A stretch of DNA of 64,000 nt, taken from Octopus bimaculoides. Its lineage: Eukaryota. The stretch lies in NCBI RefSeq assembly GCF_001194135.2, contig NC_068995.1, positions 35,300,088 to 35,364,087 of the forward strand, read 5' to 3'. This document shows, in pieces, positions 1-13,139 of the stretch (positions within the stretch are counted from its first letter, which is position 1; the number at the start of each line of letters is the position of its first letter). The position numbers and the translations under genes were made by a program. The notes below the pieces were generated by a model, which was not told the origin of the DNA, did not search any database, and worked only from the letters and a program-made list of their open reading frames with translations.

Positions 1-174
1 CACGAGAAGAAAATCACACGGTTGTTCGATGGAAATTGTCGAGAGGTAACTCAAAAATTAACAATACTGTCACATGGAACATCGCTACTCGAGCGGTGAT
101 GTCCCATGTGGCAAGCTTGACAATTGATTTAGGGATCTGTGTTAACATGAATCTAATGGTACGCTTTACCTAGC

Positions 175-188
175 AATATATATATGTG

Positions 189-248
<60 letters not shown>

Positions 249-260
249 TGTGTGTTTGTG
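175..260. repeat. (TA)n/(TG)n microsatellite
   Basis: Direct dinucleotide runs. Confidence 0.95.
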
Positions 261-335
261 CCTACCTGCTAGAAATAGGAGCTAAAACCCTCATATAAAC
301 CACGAATAACACTGAAAAATTCAACAGAAAAACAA

Positions 336-1569
336 CCGTAAGCGGTGGATAAACTGTCGCCTAAATTACACAAAAATGAAAATAACATTGACATCTCATT
401 TTAACAGATATATTTACCAGAATTACATAAAAATATCTTCAAGTACTAGAGAGTAAATTTATTTAATAAAATCACCATTGGCATCAACCACGGCCTCCAG
501 GCGACTTCGGAATCTCTTGCTACTCTTCAGGACGGTCCTCTTGTTTAGGTTGGTGAATGTTGCTATAATGCTTACCTTCAGTTCATCTTTCTGATACAAG
601 GTGTTTTCTTGGTCTCTCGCTCAACTGCACCCCACATATAACAATCAAGGAGGTTGCAGTCTGGGGAGTTAGGTGGCCAGATTTTAGGGGTGATGTGGTC
701 GCAGAAATTGTTTGACAGCCATGACTGGGTTCTGCTGCTTGTGTGGCATGGTGCAGAGTCCTGTTGCCAGACATAGGGTCTTCCAGCAGCCAACCTCTTC
801 ACCCAGGGTAGCAAACCTCTTTCAGGCACTTGATGTAGACCTTCGTATTGAGTATGAGGCCATGTGTGGAAGAGGGTAGATGAATGAAAGCATAACGCCG
901 CCGTCACTAGTGATCACTCCAAACACCAGGATGTTGACTGGATGTTTGATTTTTATCAGTCTCGATACGCTTCGGGGAGACGGCAAGCCAACGGTTGTTC
1001 TATGTGTTCACCATTTGAGCCTGACAGAAAATATTCTCGTCTGAGAAAAACCAAAGAAAGTTTGGTTGTAGGTGATGCTTGAGTTTGTTGAAAAGCTTCG
1101 TAACGTGGTCTTTCCTCTTGTCCTTGATGGCTGGGAATAAAAATTGGCTCTTTGTCATCTTGTATGAGGAATACCGAATGTTTCCATTCACTACTTTCCC
1201 GATAAGAAGCTCGCATACTCCCATTACCTGCGATGGACCTAATATACTTGGAGGTATCTTTGTTAATCCTGGTCTGGTTCTCACCAAAAAAAACGCAAGA
1301 ATTCTTTTCATACCAGAACGATCGGAGTGCGTTTTCCGAGCTGCCGTACCTTCGTAATCACAATTAGATTAATCCAACCGTTACCGAATCCTCTGTACTG
1401 TCCTCAGATTGACCAAATTTCTGGCGGAGTGAATTGAATTGCGTCATGGTGCCGTTTTGTCTCACAGACGGTGCCCAACTGGCCCTACTATACTGTGTAG
1501 TCGGGAAATTCAAAAACTATGTGGATGCTTGAAATCAAAAATATAAAATGGCGACAATTTACGCATCAC

Positions 1570-1575
<6 letters not shown>
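336..1575 (-). mobile_element. Decayed Tc1/mariner transposon, maT (DD37D) family, near full length
   Basis: ORF 1000-1311 has WFFSDEN (first D). ORF 578-907 has WQQDSAPCH...WPPNSPDCNLLD, with 37 residues between the last two Asp. Degenerate inverted ends at ~341-362 (GCGGTGGATAAACTGTCGCC) and ~1552-1575 (GGCGACAATTTACGCATCACACCCT). Frameshifted. Confidence 0.88.
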
Positions 1576-1600
<25 letters not shown>

Positions 1601-1750
1601 TCTAATATGTATATACGTGTGCCTGAAGACAGGTAGCTATTTATATACACTTATGTCGCGCGTGTGTGTGTGTATGTGTGTGTGTGTGTGTGTGTCTGTG
1701 TGTGTGTATGTGTGTGTGTGAGTGTGTTGTGTGTGTGTGATTGTGGTGTG
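1575..1750. repeat. (TA)n and (TG)n microsatellites
   Basis: Direct runs. Confidence 0.9.
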
Positions 1751-2503
1751 TGCATCTTCATATTTGTATCTATACTACTCATTTACAGAACTTAAATAAC
1801 TGTCCTTTAAATGTGCTGCAATATTTGGAATATTCGAAGTCATAACAATATATTATCAAAAATACAACTGACATGATTCGATGACGAGTTTCGTAGTTTA
1901 TTTACTTATCTATTGTTGTTCTGTTTCTATTCATCAACTCAATAGATACAGACTGGAAAATTGGTTTCAAAATTATACAAAATACATTAACAGTCTAGAT
2001 AGCTTTTGAGCTGAGATGGGGTACTATCAATGTCTAATATAATATTATGGATAAGAAAAACCAGACGCATCTGGTTGTTCTTTTATGCGATGTCATTTGA
2101 AGCAATCCACATATCATTTATTAGATATTTATTGTGTTAGGAATTATTACACGCTATTATTTCAAACCATAAATACATTAGATAGTTCTCCAATGCATTT
2201 GTAGACTAGACGCTACATTTGTAAACAGATATATGTATTCATCGTTTGCTTATGTAAGAATATAAGCATGCAAATATTAAACTTCCTAAGCACTAATAGA
2301 TTTTGAGAGGTGCATAATTCTTGTTTCATTAAGCTAAATTGGACATCACTCAGTCTCAGGAATTATACCCCTGCGAACCAGATTAACGTTCTAATAAACT
2401 GGATAACTTCTTGCAATAGACAATAAATACATCGAAACTCTACTGTTTCGCAATTAATACTACCCCATACACACATGAACGTATCATCTACATATATATG
2501 CTT

Positions 2504-2865
2504 ACGACGACGAGGGTTCCATTTGATCCGATCAACAGAACAGCTTGCTCATGAAATTAAGGTGCAAGTGGCTGAGCACTCCACAGACACGTGTACCCTT
2601 AACGTAGTTCTCAGGGATATTCAGCGTGACACAATGTGACAAGGCAGGCCCTTTGAATTACAGGCACAACAGAAACAGGAAGTAAGAGTGAGAGAAAGTT
2701 GTGGTGGAAGAGTACAGCAGGGTTCGCCACCATCCCCTGCCGGAGCCTTGTGGAGCTTTTAGGTGTTTTCGCTGAATAAACACTCACAACGCCCGGTCTG
2801 GGAATGGAAACCGCGATCCTATGACCGTGAGTCCGCTGACCTAACCACTGGGCCATTGTGCCTCC
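2504..2865 (-). mobile_element. tRNA-derived SINE (family 1)
   Basis: Minus-strand head GGAGGCACAATGGCCCAGTGGTTAGGTCAGCGGACTCACGGTCATAGGATCGCGGTTTCCATTCCCAG has an A-box-like TGGCCCAGTGG and a B-box-like GGTTTCCATTCC, followed by a non-tRNA body and a short (TCG)n tail. Confidence 0.8.
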
Positions 2866-3351
2866 TCATATATATGCATATATANNNNNNNNNNNNNNNN
2901 NNNNNNNNNNNNNNNNNNNNNNNNNNNNNNNNNNNNNNNNNNNNNNNNNNNNNNNNNNNNNNNNNNNNNNNNNNNNNNNNNNNNNNNNNNNNNNNNNNNN
3001 NNNNNNNNNNNNNNNNNNNNNNNNNNNNNNNNNNNNNNNNNNNNNNNNNNNNNNNNNNNNNNNNNNNNNNNNNNNNNNNNNNNNNNNNNNNNNNNNNNNN
3101 NNNNNNNNNNNNNNNNNNNNNNNNNNNNNNNNNNNNNNNNNNNNNNNNNNNNNNNNNNNNNNNNNNNNNNNNNNNNNNNNNNNNNNNNNNNNNNNNNNNN
3201 NNNNNNNNNNNNNNNNNNNNNNNNNNNNNNNNNNNNNNNNNNNNNNNNNNNNNNNNNNNNNNNNNNNNNNNNNNTATATAGATGCACAGACACATCACAC
3301 ATCCACACAGGCAAAAACACACCCACACTCATACACACACTTATGTATATA

Positions 3352-4565
3352 GATGCGCGGTTGACCAAGATATTCTAAATGTGACCAAATGAGGCTTTTC
3401 AACGTAGTCCATATTGTGGTCCACACAGGTCTTCCATCGTTTCTGCGCTACGTACACCACATTGTTGAAGAAACTTTCATTTTGTTGGTCAAGATCGTCA
3501 TCGACAGCGGATATGACGTCATCATCACTTCCATACTGGTTCCCAGCCAAGTGTTTCTTCATGATTTGTAACAGATAATAGTCGGACGGGGCCAAATAAA
3601 CAGAACAGAAAGGATGATCAGTTCAAAGCCCCAGTGACCCACAGCAATCATTGGAACTAAGGACCTGTGTGCTGGAATATTGTCTTGAGCAAGAGCCTTT
3701 TCGTCAGTTTCAACGACCGTTCGGCCTTGATAGCCTTTCGAAACTACCTCAGCACGCTAGCTCCTTTGATAGTGGGTCTCTTAGATGCCTTTTGCACCTC
3801 TCAAGGCTGAGGAAATCACCTTAGCTGCTGCTGAAACGGCCTTGGCCTTCTTTGGAGCAGGTGTTGCGTTTTTTTTCCACTGCTGCATGAGCTATCTCTT
3901 TGTCTCTGCTTCAAAGTGTTGAACACAATATTCATCCTAGCTTAGGAAATGTTCAAGCAAAGCAGCTGAATCTGCCTCAAGCAATGTCAAATTTTTCCAT
4001 GAAGTGACCAGCTTGGTGCGATTTTAATGAAGAGTTAGAAGTGGCACCCACCGAGCAGCTAAGTTCATTGAACAGAATATTCTCCACTCTCACATGGGAT
4101 ATGCTAATAGCATTGGCTGTTTGATTCAGAGTCAAATGCTTGCCGTCTATCAGCATATGGTAAACACGAGCAACGTTTTACTCAGTGGAGTCAGTTGCAG
4201 GACGTCCAGACCTTTGGTCAGCTTGAAGACTTTCCCTTCCTCCCCTAATTTTCAGCTGCCCACTTTTCCACTGTTGATAAAGCTGGAGCGTCATTCACTA
4301 ATGTAGCAACCATGTCAGCATGGATATCTGTGGTGGGGGCACAAAACTCTTATTCTACACATACTTGATAACACCATCATGCCAAATGGTGTCCATTTTC
4401 AAAAGAAATCGCTACAAGTTACCTATGATTTTTTCTTTGAAATGGCAGATGTCAGTTTATCTAGAAAGAAACGAGGCAGCTATTAATAGGTATAGTCGAA
4501 TTAATACATGCAAGATTTCACGTTTCTAGCATCTCTTCTTCATATCCAGCGTATAAACTTTTCAA

Positions 4566-4566
<1 letters not shown>
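3352..4566 (-). mobile_element. Decayed mariner transposon (DD34D type), near full length
   Basis: Minus-strand pieces match mariner transposase: HTH region (SGRPAT...), QDN-like catalytic motif, LAPSDYYL...MKKHLAGNQY...RWKTCVD...DYVEK (ORF 3341-3595). Ends are similar to the copy at 59951-61071. Confidence 0.85.
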
Positions 4567-4609
<43 letters not shown>

Positions 4610-4726
4610 NNNNNNNNNNNNNNNNNNNNNNNNNNNNNNNNNNNNNNNNNNNNNNNNNNNNNNNNNNNNNNNNNNNNNNNGAGAGAGAGAGAGAGAGAGA
4701 GAGTGTGTGTGTGTGTGTGTGTGTGG

Positions 4727-4785
<59 letters not shown>
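4567..4785. repeat. (TA)n, gap, (GA)n/(GT)n microsatellites
   Basis: Direct runs around the N gap 4610-4680. Confidence 0.9.
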
Positions 4786-4789
<4 letters not shown>

Positions 4790-6802
4790 CTCATTCTATA
4801 TTGTTCGTAAACTTATACACATAGCAGAACACATAACAATACCCAAGTCTACAACAACCAACAGTTTTTTTTCTACATAAAATACAAAAGGAACGCTATA
4901 TTTTACTACATAACTGGATAATTGTACTTTATAGCTAGAGGTCCACATTTGGGGTCATAAATAGTTACACATTAAAATTATAATATAGTACAAAATCTTA
5001 CATCGGTTGGTAGTTATTTGGAAATGTTTTGTATTTTCCAGTTCAAGACGAATATAATGAAAGCATGATCATATCGTTGTGTGCAACAGTTACTGCGCTT
5101 TAACAGCTTTAATATTTAAGTTCTTCTTCCAACTTCCAAATAAATTCAAATTATAAGAACAATCAATGTTTTCATGGAAGGGTGTGGGGAAATAATACCA
5201 AACTAATTTTAATGCTGTGGTTCCAGTCATTAAAAAAAATGACTACAAGCGCAAAGGAGTTGACACAAGTCTATAAATTGCTTAAATTACTCAAAGTTTG
5301 TAAATGACTTTTCACAAAAATAATTACTGCTAACTACTAGAAAACTTTTTCGCGCAAAGGATTTTTAAAGAAATATATCTTCCCTCCGTGATGCATTTAT
5401 AAAATTCAACAAATTTTCCCCTTTTTCTATTAGTCTTTGAACATGTTATTTGACTTTATATCTTTGACTCCTAGTTGAGAAGATGTCAAAGGTATTTCGA
5501 TGGTATTGATAAATTAGTTTCGCGCAGTTTTGTAAAACGCTTTTCAAGCAGTTGATTCAGAATAGAATGTATTGACTGGATTTAAAAGGAAATGGAGCAT
5601 TTACTTTTTGGTTTGTTTTTCATAGCAAGTAAGAGTGGTTGAAGTTATTTATTATTAGATGAAATTGGGAAATAATCATTCATGTCGAAAAGCTTTCACT
5701 GAGAGTGTATTTTACTTAAGACAAGAATAGCATTGCAATCGGAGATTGAACTCGTTAACATGCCTTATTAAGTCAGACGAAAGTGCTAATTTCCACACTT
5801 ATTTACTGTGCACAATTCTCCTCATTCAAAATAAAACATATTAATTTTCTTTCGAAGTTTTTAAAAATCTTTGAGAAAATGTTACCAGTATGGTAATGTG
5901 AGACAACGTGTGGTATAGTATATCACTACGTTCAAATACTATTGCATCCCAAAATGCTTGAAAGTGGTAATAATCGAAGTTATGAGTCTAGATATAATTT
6001 TTCATTGATAGACGAGTTCTCTTACATAAAGATATTTTAAATATATCCCACAAAGTGCTTATTGATAAAAACTTCAATGGAATTATTGGTCCTGTAATCT
6101 AGTGCTATCGTACGCATCGGGGTATTTTCCGACAAACTTCTTTATATATCACGCATATGTTTCACTATCTGTTGTAATACAATTTAAACATTTCGAACCA
6201 GTTTGTCTAAATATGTTTTCCATCATTTAAAAAAATGTTTCCACAGGCAATCTGTCTACGTTTATTGTTCACTGAAGCTAGTTCTATCTCTTCAACTTCA
6301 GCATAATCTTGTTTAAGTGGAACACGATATTGTTTCTTATGTCCTCGCCTCGCACAATCGATGGTTTTCTAAATAAATACCTATGTTTTTTTAATGAATG
6401 TATTCCTTTCTGGACATAATTCAGCTTCTGTCTCGTTCAAGACAAAGTAATTCACCATTAATAAGTAGCTTTCCAGTTTTAGTTAACAAATGTACTACTT
6501 TGTAACTAGCTGTAGTTGCAAAAACATTATTAGCACTTGTCTAAATGAAAGAGGATTATTGGTACGAACTACTGTTCCAAACTTCAATATTACCCGTGAC
6601 GTAGTTTCCCTGTTAGGTAAAAATAATGAGATATATTTTCCATATCATATTATTAGATTATATTGCTTTGAAACTGCGATACAATGACTGCATTTTGCGA
6701 ATAATGCTTTGTCTTGTTTTACGGTCACAAACTCCAATATTCTTATGTATGCGAAATAGAGATGTAATTTTTCGTTATTATTTTTTTTCTTGTTGCATTA
6801 CG

Positions 6803-7570
6803 TACGAGGTACGTTCAGAAAGTATCCAGCATTTTCTCCCCCCAACTAATGCCACGTGGTCAGAATCCTTTGGGTGGAAGGTGACGTCACCTTCCCTGTG
6901 CAAAAGGGAATATTTTGTGATACTCAAGTTCAAACCATCGAAAACATCAGCAGGCTTTTGGCAATAATCCATTGGGAAAACTAGGATCAAATACTAGTAC
7001 AAGCACTTCAAACATAGCCGCACCTCAGCGGAGAGCAATGCACGCTCAGACAGTACATCTGTTAGCCGAAATGAGGATCCGATTAAGAAGGTTCAGCTAA
7101 TTGTCATAGAAGACCATCGTGAAACTATCTAGGAAATTGCTCACAAAGTAGAAATAAGCGCAGGATCAGTGCATTCCATGTTAACGGAAGATTTATGCAT
7201 GCGGACAGTGTCAACGAAATTCTTCTTTAAGATGCTGGTGGAGCAGAAGTGACTGCACAAGGAAATCGCTCAGGACATGCTGGACTATGCTAACCCCGAC
7301 TCAGATTTCATGACGATGATCTGGACATGTGACGGGTTTATAGTTTTTCCTTGGTGCATAATCTTACGAGAAAATGAATATCCGACAAGCCCTCACTACA
7401 CGTCCATACTTTAGTCGTAAGAGTCGGACACTAATGCGTCCTAACTGTGTGAAAATTTTCGCGCGTGTGCAGAAAGGGTGATGTCACCTTTCACAAAATA
7501 GATTTTGTCCAATCGGCATTAGCTTTCGTGGGAAAAGAATACAGTCAGTTACTATTTGAAAGAACACATG
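6803..7570 (+). mobile_element. Internally deleted mariner element (third family)
   Basis: Starts TACGAGGTACGTTCAGAAAGTATCCAG. Both ends share the subterminal GGTGA(C/T)GTCACCTT. The interior encodes a mariner N-terminal half (VIEDHRETI*EIAHKVEISAGSVHSMLTEDLCMRTVSTKF...DMLDYANPDSDF); the catalytic C-terminus is missing. Confidence 0.75.
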
Positions 7571-7725
7571 CACACACACACACAGACAGACACACACACA
7601 CACACACACGCACACACACACACACACACACGCACACACACGCACACACACGCACACACACAGACACACACGCACACACACAGACACGCACACATATTTA
7701 AATATATACACACACATACACACAT
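7567..7725. repeat. (CA)n compound microsatellite
   Basis: Direct run. Confidence 0.95.
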
Positions 7726-8294
7726 TAAACTGTGTTTCGAAAATTTGTTGCGACATACAGTTTGAAAATAGACACATATGTATAGAGAAATACAACAGTT
7801 TCCAAAGCAAATGATAAAAGTATGCAGTATGGAAACTAAGTTTTTTGGATCATTTTCGTATTCATAAAGTCAAACATCAGAAACGTGTGTTTTAAAAACA
7901 TGCTATTATTCACATGCATCGCCTGACAGAAAATTAATTGACAATTATTTTTTTCCTTTTAGTTTACACGGGTCTTATTTTTTGACACAGCTGAATAGTA
8001 AATAGATAAATGAACAATTCCGTTCGGCGCTGCTTTCGGCAAAATTATAATTTTAAGATTAAGAACGCCTTGCTGCTTAAATTGCCGATTACCGAACAAA
8101 AATAATATTTTCTGGAAGTTTGGGTTATATAACCGAAATATCAGCAAGAATACAAGACACTGATTAAGTATATTACAAGACGAAAACTGAAAAGATCACC
8201 CATTTCATATATAATACAAGGAAAAGAAATTTTGGCATAATATTAATCATCACATAAAAGCTAATATTTTTCTTATTGTTATATTCATTTAAAT

Positions 8295-10900
8295 CAATGT
8301 TTACCAAACTGTGTATCGCAATACATTAGTGTGTCGCCAGTAGGGCGTAGGTTTGTCGCAAACGTACGGGAAACCAATATATAAAATACCCAGTACCAAT
8401 TTGTTTCAGCTTTTCTGAATCTGTTTGTTAGCATAGCGAACATGTCAATACATGTACCTACCGGTTATCATTTTCCACTTTATGTTTGGAGGCAAGATTA
8501 AAAAAAGAAGAAAAAAAGGCACTAATAATCTTCATTATATAACCCTCATTTTCATTGTATTTTATTCAGCGTAAAAGGAGTAAACATACTGCAAGTGCTA
8601 TTCTCTTGTCCGAAGTAAACTGAAAATAGATTAAAAATTTTCCAATCTGCATCTGTTTTAGTGAGGGAAACACACTGGAACTGCTTTCAAATTGCCTAAA
8701 GTTATTGCTCACCTATACTGGTATTAAGCATTACTAAGGGTGAACTAATAATTATGAAATCACATTTAACTCATGTCACACTTGCTCCTGTTCATCAGTC
8801 TTGCGTGCTTAGCCTTAGGCTGTTCTAATTAATTTTATCGTACTTAGTGCTGGTGATATTAATTACATGTTTATTTATAACTTTATTATAAATCAACTTA
8901 GTTTTATTCATGAAATATAATTAAATTACCCATAAAATGGATGTTTTTAATTTATATAAGAAAAGTTGCAGAAGATGACATTTCCAATGAGCAAAATTTA
9001 ACAGCTACGAAGGAAACCACCCAAACAACTATTGAATCACCAGCACCAGTAAGTGAGAAGGGCACAGGAAAAATTGTTGAGCCTCGTTTATACAACAAAG
9101 GTTATATAAAACTTGGCTTCACATTTTTTTTAATGAAAACAGCCCTATCCCCCTGTGTTTATAGGGATATTCTTGCAAACGAAAGTATGGTACGAAACAA
9201 ATTAAAGCGTCATTTCAGCAATAGGCACGGAAATTTGTCAACAAAGCCAGTGGAATACTTCATTGAACTTTCAAAATCTATATAAATCAGGCTTCAACAG
9301 TCACAAAGAGAATGAAGACATCAGAGAAATCTCAAAAGGCAAGTTACTTGGTTGCTCAAATAATTGCCAAAAACAAGGAACGACATACTATTGCTGAAAG
9401 TACTATAAAGGAATGTTGCTGTGCTATTGTGCGAACAATGTTTGGACCCGAATTTGAGAAAGAAGTTAATAAAATTCCCCTGGCAGATAACACAATTGGA
9501 AGACGAATTCAAGATGTGTATGATGACATTAAGCTGCAAGTGAAGTGTATTTTTCAAGATTATAACATGATGTTTGCATCGCAGTTAAATGATTCAACAA
9601 ATATCAGTGGGTTAGCACAAATGATGATTTTTATGCGTCTTATTTATAATGACAGAATTATTGAGCAATTATTGCGTTGTCTAGAGCTTCCATTGAGAAC
9701 TAGAGGTGAAAACAATAATCAAGCTTTAATTTCCTTCATGAGGGAAAATAATTTGTTGTGGTTAAACTGTGTAGGAATATGCACAGATGGCGCACTCTCA
9801 ATAGTAGGTTCAGTAAAAGGTTTTACAGCATTATCAAAAAAAAAAGAGAATACAGATATAATTACCCATTGTTGTTTACATCGTGAATCACTAATTTAAG
9901 ACCTCTTAAATCAAGATTATTTGTTCATATATGTTGAAAAAATGGGAACAAATTTCAAGAGATGTGCACTACACACAGAGGGTCATTGGCTTTCAAAGGT
10001 TGTGTGCATTGTTATGTATACGAATTGAGAGATATGATGCTTAAACTTTCTGAAGATAATTAACAGAATGAATTCAATGACCTGATTCAAGACGAAATTT
10101 GGTGCACCGAATTGGCATATATTTCGGACATATTTCAACATTTGAATAAAATTAACACAGGTATGAAGGGAAAATCAGGAAATATCTTAACATCGGTTGA
10201 TAAAATTTGTGCTATGAAAGACGCAAAGTAAAAGGAGGAAATTTTGAAATGTTTTCCCAAACTTGTGAGTTCGAGCTAAAATGTGAGATCAGCTCGTTAA
10301 CTGTTGACCATATAACATTGCTTAGAGAAAAACTTGATTATTATTTATCAAATATTGAAATCCAAATTTACGGTTGGATTAGAAGATTAGAAATTCATGT
10401 TTGCAACTGCAACAATTGATTTTTCACTTACCGAAGAAGAACTAGCCGAAATCAAGAATTATCTGTGTCTGTTATTGATTTATAATGAGGGGAACTTACA
10501 GAAATTTTGGATTCATGTTTCAAAGAAGCATCCAAAGCTATCTAAAAAAAAAATCTTTACAAATTCTTTTGCCATTTTCTACTACATACATTTGAGATGC
10601 ATCTTTTACAGCAATGCTAAATTTAAAGATATCGAAACGTGGAAACTCGAAAATGCTTGATAGTAAAATGCGAGTGTCATTATCTACTATTCCACCTAAT
10701 ATCTAAAATCTCTCTTCTTCCTATCAAGCTCATGTATCTCAATGTAATAGTAAGTTATAAAAGAGTTCTTTTATTATTATTAATCCTTGCACATATTTAC
10801 AGATTATTATCGATAAATGATAACACACATTTCTCTTGAAAATGTATTTTAATTTGGTTACAAATGATATATTTATAAATTATAAATGAAAGGCCTCTTC
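8295..10900 (+). mobile_element. hAT transposon, Buster/Charlie type (ZBED5/SCAND3-like transposase), decayed
   Basis: hAT-like left end CAATGTTTACCAAACTGTGT at 8295. ORF 8941-9285 has a BED-finger remnant (YIKLGF...ILANESMVRNKLKRHF). ORF 9312-9899 has KERHTIAESTIK...IPLADNTIGRRI...QLNDST...GICTDGA...THCCLHRE. Further frameshifted pieces run to ~10700; the right end is probably in the gap 10973-11334. Confidence 0.88.
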
Positions 10901-11801
10901 GACATGTTCCGCTTTTAAAATTAATTTATTCATCAGCATTTTATAGCCATGGTAAATCATATCAAAATAATTNNNNNNNNNNNNNNNNNNNNNNNNNNNN
11001 NNNNNNNNNNNNNNNNNNNNNNNNNNNNNNNNNNNNNNNNNNNNNNNNNNNNNNNNNNNNNNNNNNNNNNNNNNNNNNNNNNNNNNNNNNNNNNNNNNNN
11101 NNNNNNNNNNNNNNNNNNNNNNNNNNNNNNNNNNNNNNNNNNNNNNNNNNNNNNNNNNNNNNNNNNNNNNNNNNNNNNNNNNNNNNNNNNNNNNNNNNNN
11201 NNNNNNNNNNNNNNNNNNNNNNNNNNNNNNNNNNNNNNNNNNNNNNNNNNNNNNNNNNNNNNNNNNNNNNNNNNNNNNNNNNNNNNNNNNNNNNNNNNNN
11301 NNNNNNNNNNNNNNNNNNNNNNNNNNNNNNNNNNTATATATATGTATGTATGTATCAAACGATGGATAGGTGTCGATTCATTACACTTGAATTTTAATTG
11401 ATTAATGTGTGCATTATTTCATTATAAAATGCCATTTTCTTCCGATGTGTACCGAATCACAATATTAAAAGCAATTAAAGACATTTAAACAGAATCTCTT
11501 TTTACTTTCCAGAAATCCACGGCAAGTACATATTTAGTGTTTCCACGACCTTCGTTGTCCGCTGAATGTGTGTGCCAAATCAAATAAGTATTCTTATAGC
11601 GTTTAATATGCGTAGGGTGTATTTAAGATTTATAGCCTTGAAAGAGGTTAGTCGCCATTGTAAGGGGTGGGGAGAATAGACAACCAAACGCTGCATCTCC
11701 ACAATTAAGGAAAAGATAGTTCTGTTTATCGTATGATACATGTCAACCTGAGATATAGGGTTAAAAGTGAAAGATAAAGTTCAACAGTTATTTATATGTA
11801 A

Positions 11802-12087
11802 TAAAGATTGTTTGCCAACATAACATGGCAGTCCTGGTTTAGGACTAATGTTGCTGTAATTTAGCCCCAGGAGACGATGCTACCACAACATCGACCACGA
11901 CTGCTTAAATTCGCAAGCTAACCTGTCATATCTCTCGACTTTTCTTTCTTCCTTATCGCATATCTTGTTGCCAGCTGGGCATGCTATATATATATGATCC
12001 AGCATAGTTTGATCTCTCCTGTGGCTAAATTACAGCAACATTAGTCCTAAACCAGGACTGCCATGTTATGTTGGCAAATAGTCTTTA
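11802..12087. repeat. Long inverted repeat: ~73-bp arms, ~140-bp spacer
   Basis: 11802-11874 (TAAAGATTGTTTGCCAACATAACATGGCAGTCCTGGTTTAGGACTAATGTTGCTGTAATTTAGCCCCAGGAGA) is the reverse complement of 12015-12087 with 3 mismatches. Confidence 0.92.
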
Positions 12088-12514
12088 CTACAAAGTACTG
12101 TTGCTGAATATCTCACGTTGTGAGATTTAAAAATAGTTATTTATATGTTTATCTTTTTAACATCCTTTTCATGTCAGCTTTATTGCTAAGTGAATGATTC
12201 ATGGAGACATGAAGACCAGAATTCTACTATAGAGGGGAAAGCGGGGTAAGAATAAGGATGGTATTCATCGAGTTAATAGATAAATAAGGAAGTATACTGT
12301 TAATAGCATACCATAACACTATTACATGAAAGCAAAGTGATAATATAAGAGAAAGATTATAATAAATAAACATTAAAGTAGAAAACAGGAGTTATAATAA
12401 AAGGAGTCGGGTTATAATGGAGGAAATTGGATGAGAATAAAAATGGAATTGGCAAAGACTATATAAATCAGGGAAACTATAATAATAATAATGATAATAA
12501 TAATAATAATAATC

Positions 12515-12547
<33 letters not shown>

Positions 12548-13020
12548 GAACGCATCGTCGAAAATAGAAATGCAAAGATCCTATGGGATTTTATGATTCA
12601 GTGCGACCATGATATAGAGAATAGGAAGCCGGACATAGTCTTAAACGAGAAAGCAAACTAACTATGGTGGATCATAGATATAGCATGCCCAGCTGACAAC
12701 AAGGTATGCGATCAGGAAGAAAGATAAGTCGAGAGATATAACAGGTTATCTTGGAAATTTAAGCAGTTGTGGTCGATAAAAAAGATAGCAGTAGTACCAA
12801 TAATTGTCGGAGCCTTGGAAACAGTGAGCAAAAGTCTCGAGAAGTACGTGGAAGAAATAGGGGCTGGAATGAGGGTGGATCACTTGCAGAAAACAGCACT
12901 GCTTGGAACCGTTCGAATACTCCGGAATGCGCTCGAAAAGTAAGAGGTGTTACCTTAGTTCACTGGTAGTGAACAGCTGACACTGTAGTACATCTCCAGC
13001 GTTAGCTATGCAAAGGCACT
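12548..13020 (+). mobile_element. 3' fragment of an R4/Dong-clade non-LTR retrotransposon (REL endonuclease), family A
   Basis: Translates as VENRNAKILWDFMIQCDHDIENRKPDIV...IIDIACPADNKV...VVPIIVGALETV...LQKTALLGTVRIL (PD..D restriction-like nuclease). Flanked by (TAA)n on both sides; has in-frame stops. Confidence 0.85.
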
Positions 13021-13026
13021 AATAAC

Positions 13027-13090
<64 letters not shown>

Positions 13091-13130
13091 AAGAAGAAGA
13101 AGAAGAAGAAGAAGAAGAAGAAGAAGAAGA
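13021..13130. repeat. (TAA)n switching to (GAA)n
   Basis: Direct trinucleotide runs. Confidence 0.95.
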
Positions 13131-13139
13131 ATCAACAAG

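Noticed and set aside
3690-3900. Lys/Ala-rich minus-strand stretch (PAPKKAKAVSAAAK) that first suggested a ribosomal-protein or histone retrocopy
   Set aside because: It aligns in register with the mariner motif P.PKKAK...SAGKVM and lies inside the mariner copy.
5030-5105. Plus-strand acceptor followed by QDEYNESMIISLCATVTAL*; similar short acceptor-led frames at 17230-17385 (-), 41660-41805 (-), 45108 (+) and 46028 (+)
   Set aside because: Short, with no recognisable family, no consistent donor or phase chain, and within chance expectation for AT-rich DNA.
8018-8098. Imperfect hairpin GTTCGG...TCGGCAA / TTGCCGA...CCGAAC as a possible pre-miRNA
   Set aside because: Pairing is short and interrupted; more likely a MITE remnant or chance.
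10894-10940. Minus-strand CTGATGA...GGAAC..GTC resembling a third hammerhead
   Set aside because: GAAA is mutated and neither stem I nor stem II pairs convincingly.
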